Assembly: GCA_947177795.1 (NCBI GenBank)
Contig: CAMWVR010000005.1
Location: 1-48,067 of the forward strand
DNA length: 48,067 nucleotides
Origin: an uncultured Clostridia bacterium
GTDB lineage: Bacteria > Bacillota > Clostridia > Christensenellales > UBA3700
Reading direction: 5' to 3'
Each line of letters begins with the position of its first letter. The stretch's first letter is position 1. Shown piece after piece: positions 43,250 to 48,067 of this stretch. Below the pieces are notes generated by a model. The model did no database searches and was not told where the DNA came from. It saw nothing but the letters and a program-made list of their open reading frames with translations. Position numbers and translations under genes: made by a program.

Positions 43250-46198
43250 ATGGTAGAAAGAGTTGCGCTTTATCCCAAGCACGTTGCAAGACTCATTGCG
43301 ATTAGAAACAAGATATACAAAGTCGTCGGACAACTGTCGTGCGAAGCTGCGCTGAGCAAAGAGCCCATTCCCAAAGCGTTGTTGGACAAGGCGAGTTTTT
43401 CGCCTTTCAAAAACGGTATGGTTTGGGGCAGTGATTTTGACTGCGCTTGGTTTAGGTTCAAAGGACAAGTCCCCGAAGAATGCAAGGGCAAAAAGGTCGT
43501 TGCGCTCATCAACGTGCAGGGCGAAGGATTGGTATATATAGACGGACAGCCGAGGCAGGGAATTACGCAGGTGCTTGACGGCATAGATTTGGTTCAGTCA
43601 GTCAAGGGAAAGCAAGCAGTGGATTTGTTTGATCCTGCCGAGGGCGGAGAGCAAGTCGAGTTGTCGGTCGATTGCGGTTTCAACGGCAAGCGCAATAAAA
43701 AAGGCGTCAAGGTCAGACTTATGCGCAAGGACTTGGCGATTTGCGATCAAGAGGCTTTGACTTATTATTACGATTATCTTCAACTTCTCATGGTCATGCT
43801 CACTTACGGAAAGAACAAACATCTATCTCAAGCAAGACTTAAGGAGATAGGCAAAGCGCTCGACCATTCTTACAAGCTTGCCAAGAAGAGCATGGCAGAG
43901 GCGCACGAGTATTTGACAAAGATTATCACGACTCACATTGACGGCAACGTCACGGAATACACTGCGATAGGACATGCGCACATCGACCTTGCTTGGCTTT
44001 GGCCGATAAGAGAGACCAAGCGCAAGGGTACCCGTACTTTTGCCACTGCGCTCAACAATATCGACAAATATCCCGATTATATCTTCGGAGCTTCGCAAGC
44101 GCAACTATTCGATTGGATCAAGCAAGAAGAGCCTGCTTTATTCGAGAGAGTAAAAAAGGCTGTGGCTGACGGCAGAATCGAATTGCAAGGCGGCATGTGG
44201 ACGGAAAACGATTGCAATATCCCAAGCGGAGAGAGCATAATACGACAGTTTTTATACGGCGAAAAGTTCTTTGAAGACGAGTTTGGCAAAAAGTGCAAAA
44301 TGGTGTGGCTACCCGACGTATTCGGCTATCCCGCATCTTTACCGCAGATAATGAAGAAGTGCGGAAGAGATTATTTTATGACGATAAAACTCTCTTGGAA
44401 TACCGTCAATAAGTTCCCTTACAAGACTTTTTTGTGGAAGGGTATCGACGGCAGCGAAATTCTGTCGCACCTGGCTCCGCAAGGCAATTACAATTCAACG
44501 GCTTCGCCTATGGCTATTACCAAGTCTGACAACGGCAATCCTCAAGCAGACAAAATCGACAAAGCTTTGCTTATCTACGGCATAGGCGACGGAGGAGGCG
44601 GTCCGGGCGAGGCGCACCTTGAGATGATAAAGCGAGAGCGCAACGAAAAGGGCTTGAGCAAAGTCGTATGCCGACCTGCCGAGCAACTTTTTGACGACCT
44701 CAAGAGTCAATATATCGAGGTTATGCCCACTTATGACGGGGAGTTGTATCTTGAAAAGCACCAAGGCACTTATACTTCGCAATCCGACAACAAGCTTTAC
44801 AACAGGCTTATGGAGCAGGCTTTGCACACTTTGGAGTGGCTTGCGTCGCTCGCCAAGGTCAAGGGCGTCAAGTGGGAATGCCCCCAACTTGAAGATATAT
44901 GGAAAGAAGTATTGCTGTATCAGTTCCACGATATTATTCCCGGTTCGTCAATCAACAGAGTTTACGTAGAATCCGTGGCCAGATACAAAGAGATGTACGG
45001 CGAAGTCAACGGCTATATCGACGATCTTTTGCAGGCGATGACGACAAGCGGCGGCTTGGGTGTCGTCAATCCTATAGGCTTTGACAGACAAGAATACGTC
45101 AAGGCGGGAGACAGGTGGTATAAAGCCGACGTCAAGGCGTATTCTTCGGCTCTGCTCGCAGGTATCAACGGCGAAGACAGAGAGGGTTTGTCACGCGGCA
45201 GAGACTTCATTCAAAATGACAAAGTCAAAGTGCATTTTGCCAAGGACGGAACTATAGATTCGCTTATCGATTTGTCCAATGACAAAGAACTTTGCGGAGA
45301 CTATCTCAACAAGCTTACGGTGTATTCAGACCCAAAGATGTATTACAACGCTTGGGATATCAAAATGGATTATCCAAATATGCGCAAGTGGCGATTCAAA
45401 TTGGAAAGTCACAAGTCATATATCGACGGCGTAAGCGTAATAATGGAGAATATCTATACCTTTAAAGACAGTACTATAATTCAAAAAGTCACTTTGACGA
45501 AGGGTAGCGCGATGGTGGTGTTTGACACCACTGTCGATTGGAGAGAGACTTACAAGATGTTGCGCGCAGACTTCCGCCCGAGCGTATATTCCGACACCGT
45601 CAATTGCGATATTCAATTCGGCAATTTCGACAGGTCCACGCTTGAGGATACGTCCGTTCGCAAAGCGCAGTTTGAGATTTGCGCTCACAAATTCGTCAAC
45701 GTGGACGACGGCGATTACGGCGTCGCATTGCTCAACAATTGCAAGTACGGCTATAGAGCCAAGAGCGGACTTTTGTCGCTCAATCTCTTGCGTTCGCCAA
45801 AATCTCCCGATCCCCAATGCGATATGGGAGAGCATAGATTCACTTATGCATTCTATCCTCACGAGGGAAAGTGGAACGACTGCGACTTGGTCAAGCAAGC
45901 TTACGCTCTCAACAATCCTCTTATCGTAAAAGAGGAGACTCCCAACTTCGACAATCTTTTTGATATAGACGGCGACGTGATTTTGGAGACCGTCAAGGTG
46001 AGCGAAGACGGCAAGGGTATCGTCGCAAGAATATACGAGCGCAACGGCAGGGATTGCCATGCGACTGTCAAGGCAAAGTTCCCTTGCAAAAATGTATACG
46101 AAAGCAATATGATAGAGGCAGACCTTAAAGCCGTCGAGAGTCAAGACTTCGACTTCGGCAAATACGAAGTCAAGACATTGTTGTTTGAATTGAAATAA
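43250..46198 (+). CDS. Alpha-mannosidase, GH38 (cytoplasmic)
   Basis: GHAHIDLAWLWP, WLPDVFGY, YG.GDGGGGP, GELYLE.H.GTYTSQ, QFHDIIPGSSI; no signal peptide. Confidence 0.95.
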   Translation: MVERVALYPKHVARLIAIRNKIYKVVGQLSCEAALSKEPIPKALLDKASFSPFKNGMVWGSDFDCAWFRFKGQVPEECKGKKVVALINVQGEGLVYIDGQPRQGITQVLDGIDLVQSVKGKQAVDLFDPAEGGEQVELSVDCGFNGKRNKKGVKVRLMRKDLAICDQEALTYYYDYLQLLMVMLTYGKNKHLSQARLKEIGKALDHSYKLAKKSMAEAHEYLTKIITTHIDGNVTEYTAIGHAHIDLAWLWPIRETKRKGTRTFATALNNIDKYPDYIFGASQAQLFDWIKQEEPALFERVKKAVADGRIELQGGMWTENDCNIPSGESIIRQFLYGEKFFEDEFGKKCKMVWLPDVFGYPASLPQIMKKCGRDYFMTIKLSWNTVNKFPYKTFLWKGIDGSEILSHLAPQGNYNSTASPMAITKSDNGNPQADKIDKALLIYGIGDGGGGPGEAHLEMIKRERNEKGLSKVVCRPAEQLFDDLKSQYIEVMPTYDGELYLEKHQGTYTSQSDNKLYNRLMEQALHTLEWLASLAKVKGVKWECPQLEDIWKEVLLYQFHDIIPGSSINRVYVESVARYKEMYGEVNGYIDDLLQAMTTSGGLGVVNPIGFDRQEYVKAGDRWYKADVKAYSSALLAGINGEDREGLSRGRDFIQNDKVKVHFAKDGTIDSLIDLSNDKELCGDYLNKLTVYSDPKMYYNAWDIKMDYPNMRKWRFKLESHKSYIDGVSVIMENIYTFKDSTIIQKVTLTKGSAMVVFDTTVDWRETYKMLRADFRPSVYSDTVNCDIQFGNFDRSTLEDTSVRKAQFEICAHKFVNVDDGDYGVALLNNCKYGYRAKSGLLSLNLLRSPKSPDPQCDMGEHRFTYAFYPHEGKWNDCDLVKQAYALNNPLIVKEETPNFDNLFDIDGDVILETVKVSEDGKGIVARIYERNGRDCHATVKAKFPCKNVYESNMIEADLKAVESQDFDFGKYEVKTLLFELK

Positions 46199-46205
46199 AA
46201 TTAAT

Positions 46206-46244
46206 TGTCATTTCGACCGTAGCGAAGCGGAGTGGAGAAATCTC
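46206..46244 (+). repeat. REP-like palindrome (GTCAY family)
   Basis: tgtcatttcgaccgtagcgaagcggagtggagaaatctc. Confidence 0.8.
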
Positions 46245-46253
46245 AATCCGTTA

Positions 46254-46288
46254 AAAAATAACACGCAATAAATTTTGCGTGTTATTTT
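46254..46288. terminator. Bidirectional terminator
   Basis: AAAATAACACGCAA..TTGCGTGTTATTTT. Confidence 0.8.
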
Positions 46289-46336
46289 AATCTATATAAT
46301 TCTAATTTAACGTCGATTTTTCAAAAATTTCAACAT

Positions 46337-46469
46337 TTCCAAAAAAAGTATACTTTTACTGACTGCGTTTTACTTTTCGTGAAAAGGCATATTTTCACGA
46401 TTACATTATACTTCACGAACAATTAATTTGCAATATCTTTGGGTCAGTAAAAGTATACCTTTTTTGGAA
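46337..46469. promoter_or_regulatory. Candidate invertible promoter switch: 27-bp inverted repeats around a 79-bp promoter cassette, OFF orientation
   Basis: IRL ttccaaaaaaagtatacttttactgac (46337-46363); IRR gtcagtaaaagtataccttttttggaa (46443-46469); 26/27 match; inside, minus-strand TTGCAA(46433-46428)-17 bp-TATAAT(46410-46405). Confidence 0.8.
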
Positions 46470-46575
46470 TTTGTGACAGCATAAATTCTTTTTAATTCAC
46501 TGCGTTTCGCTTAGATTTACGCATTTGAAGCGAGAAATCTAATAGGATCATTGCGTACTAAAGAGAGGAAGAATA

Positions 46576-48067
46576 ATGAATTTTAGCAAAAAGAAGTCAA
46601 ATACAATATGCGTTGTTATTGTTATGATTTCGCTGATTATTTTAAGTTGTATAGGAATTATCGGCGTAAGTAGCATAACAAATGCATTTACTTTGACAGA
46701 AGGCGAGATTTCTGACACTCAAGCGAAGAACTTGGGGAATTTGTTATTGGACGGATATGAAGATAACGTAGCCGACAACGGCAAAGTTTTTAACGGCGAA
46801 GTTTTTTGGGAATTGGTTCAACAAGTAAGCGGAATACAAAATCCTAATAAAAATACGTTGAATAATTGGGTTGGCGGAACTAGGACTTCGCAAGATTTTA
46901 GAACTACTGCCGGCGCAGACGTCATTGTGACAATAGGCGGTAAGAAATGGACGGCAACTTATCTGTCGACCAACAAGAATGGCGAACCGATTCTTACTTT
47001 TTGGCTTGCAACTTCGGAGAACAACGAAGTTGCAAGTTCGGTATGGCACACACAAAACATAGGCAATGCAGGTAATTATAATAATAGTAAATACGGTACA
47101 AGTTGGATGCGCGCAAGCGTACTCAACAACGGCGGAGACTATGCTCCAGCATTTAACGCAACTTCGCTAACTAACGTAGCTCAACGCAGCGGTAGCGAAT
47201 GGGCAATATATACTATGGATGACGCAGAGGGAAGTCTTACGTCATATATCGAAGCGCCAGACAATATGTCGTGGCAACTTGTGCAAAGCGCAATAACCAC
47301 TCTTGAGGCTACATACAATAATCCAAACGACGCTATAAACAGCGGAATGGGAGGGTATTATGACGGCTCGACAAATGGAGACGGTTCTCCGGGTTATGCT
47401 AATTGGAGAAATGACAGACTTTGGCTCCCTAGCATAGTAGAAGTAGGTTATCGTAATGACGAAAGCGGAGACGGAATGTGGATGACTTCCGTCAATCAAC
47501 GAGCTAATAAAGTAGATACTTGGTTGCGTTCGTCATCGCCTGTAAGCACACGCGCTTGTTATAAAGTATTTGCTGACGGCTATAAATCCGATAACGTTCT
47601 TGACGGGATAGACGTGGTTTCGTCTTCTAATGCTATCAGACCTGCGTTCCATTTAAATCTAAAAAAAGCAGCTGAGGCTACTGCAAACGCATTGTCACTA
47701 CCTCAAGGTTTTAACAAGACTTATACGGGAAATACAATCGATGCGGAGTCGGAGAGTTGGCATACTTCATTGTTAAAGAACGCGATAAAAAACGGCGATG
47801 TTTTAGAGATATATTATAAGGGAGACGAGAAATTAGATTCAGCGCCCACAGGTGCGGGAACGTATAAAATTGAGTATATAATTGACAATACGACAGACTT
47901 TGTATGGAAAGATTTGACTGCGAGTAAAAAGGAAATAACTTTTACTATCAACAAAGTTTTGTTGGATTATCCATCGTTTTTCAACGGCAAGGACAAATTG
48001 CCGTATAACGGAGGTAATGACGTTACGTTTACGTTAGGCTCATACAACACTTCGGCAATAGAGATAT
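46576..48067 (+). CDS. Surface protein/adhesin (3'-truncated by the window end) with a C-type-lectin-fold (DUF6273-like) head followed by YNG/YTG stalk repeats
   Basis: Absent from the ORF track because it has no stop; open for 497 codons; RBS GAGGA; MNFSKKK plus hydrophobic helix; YGTSWMRASVLN, DRLWLPSIVEVG, WLRS, IRPAFHLNL, KTYTG, GAGTY, PYNG. Confidence 0.85.
   Translation, partial: MNFSKKKSNTICVVIVMISLIILSCIGIIGVSSITNAFTLTEGEISDTQAKNLGNLLLDGYEDNVADNGKVFNGEVFWELVQQVSGIQNPNKNTLNNWVGGTRTSQDFRTTAGADVIVTIGGKKWTATYLSTNKNGEPILTFWLATSENNEVASSVWHTQNIGNAGNYNNSKYGTSWMRASVLNNGGDYAPAFNATSLTNVAQRSGSEWAIYTMDDAEGSLTSYIEAPDNMSWQLVQSAITTLEATYNNPNDAINSGMGGYYDGSTNGDGSPGYANWRNDRLWLPSIVEVGYRNDESGDGMWMTSVNQRANKVDTWLRSSSPVSTRACYKVFADGYKSDNVLDGIDVVSSSNAIRPAFHLNLKKAAEATANALSLPQGFNKTYTGNTIDAESESWHTSLLKNAIKNGDVLEIYYKGDEKLDSAPTGAGTYKIEYIIDNTTDFVWKDLTASKKEITFTINKVLLDYPSFFNGKDKLPYNGGNDVTFTLGSYNTSAIEI

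Noticed and set aside
46337-46469. MITE or terminator explanation for the 27-bp inverted repeats
   Set aside because: No target-site duplication is evident, a 79-nt loop is too large for a terminator, and the interior is essentially a promoter. A MITE is not fully excluded.
46500-46560. Riboswitch in the adhesin leader
   Set aside because: Short alternative hairpins (tttcgctt/aagcgaga; ttagattt/aaatctaa) exist but match no aptamer I recognise and have no terminator.
47500-47660. Complete DGR in this window
   Set aside because: No reverse transcriptase, accessory gene or template repeat was found; only the target-like fold is supported.
1-48067. tRNA, rRNA, prophage, integrase or transposase genes
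   Set aside because: None recognised by eye on either strand.

Overview
A 48 kb chromosomal window from what looks like a spore-forming Firmicute of class Clostridia. This is inferred from spoIVFB, a T-box, an L21 leader, Prp/L27 and the TIGR03960-rng cluster. Most of it is housekeeping: T-box-controlled trpB2, a tRNA methyltransferase, rubredoxin, an ArgR-box-preceded amino-acid ABC importer, minD/minE, spoIVFB, a ROK kinase, a radical SAM pair, rng, rplU-prp-rpmA, an 8-oxoG glycosylase, ilvN, a heterodimeric ABC exporter, nadE and a GH38 mannosidase. Accessory content: an Hhe-like DUF4011-helicase-nuclease gene; a 2764-aa repeat-rich surface protein translationally coupled to a membrane protein carrying two copies of an unrecognised basic domain; and two families of intergenic palindromic repeats. 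The strongest sequence-level signal is at the right end: a 79-bp segment with a near-consensus sigma-A promoter, flanked by 27-bp inverted repeats (26/27 match). It points away from a 3'-truncated adhesin gene that is missing from the ORF track and whose head domain has DGR-target-like C-type-lectin motifs. This is a candidate OFF-state invertible promoter; no recombinase is present in the window. All family assignments come from motif recognition by eye; no database searches were run.
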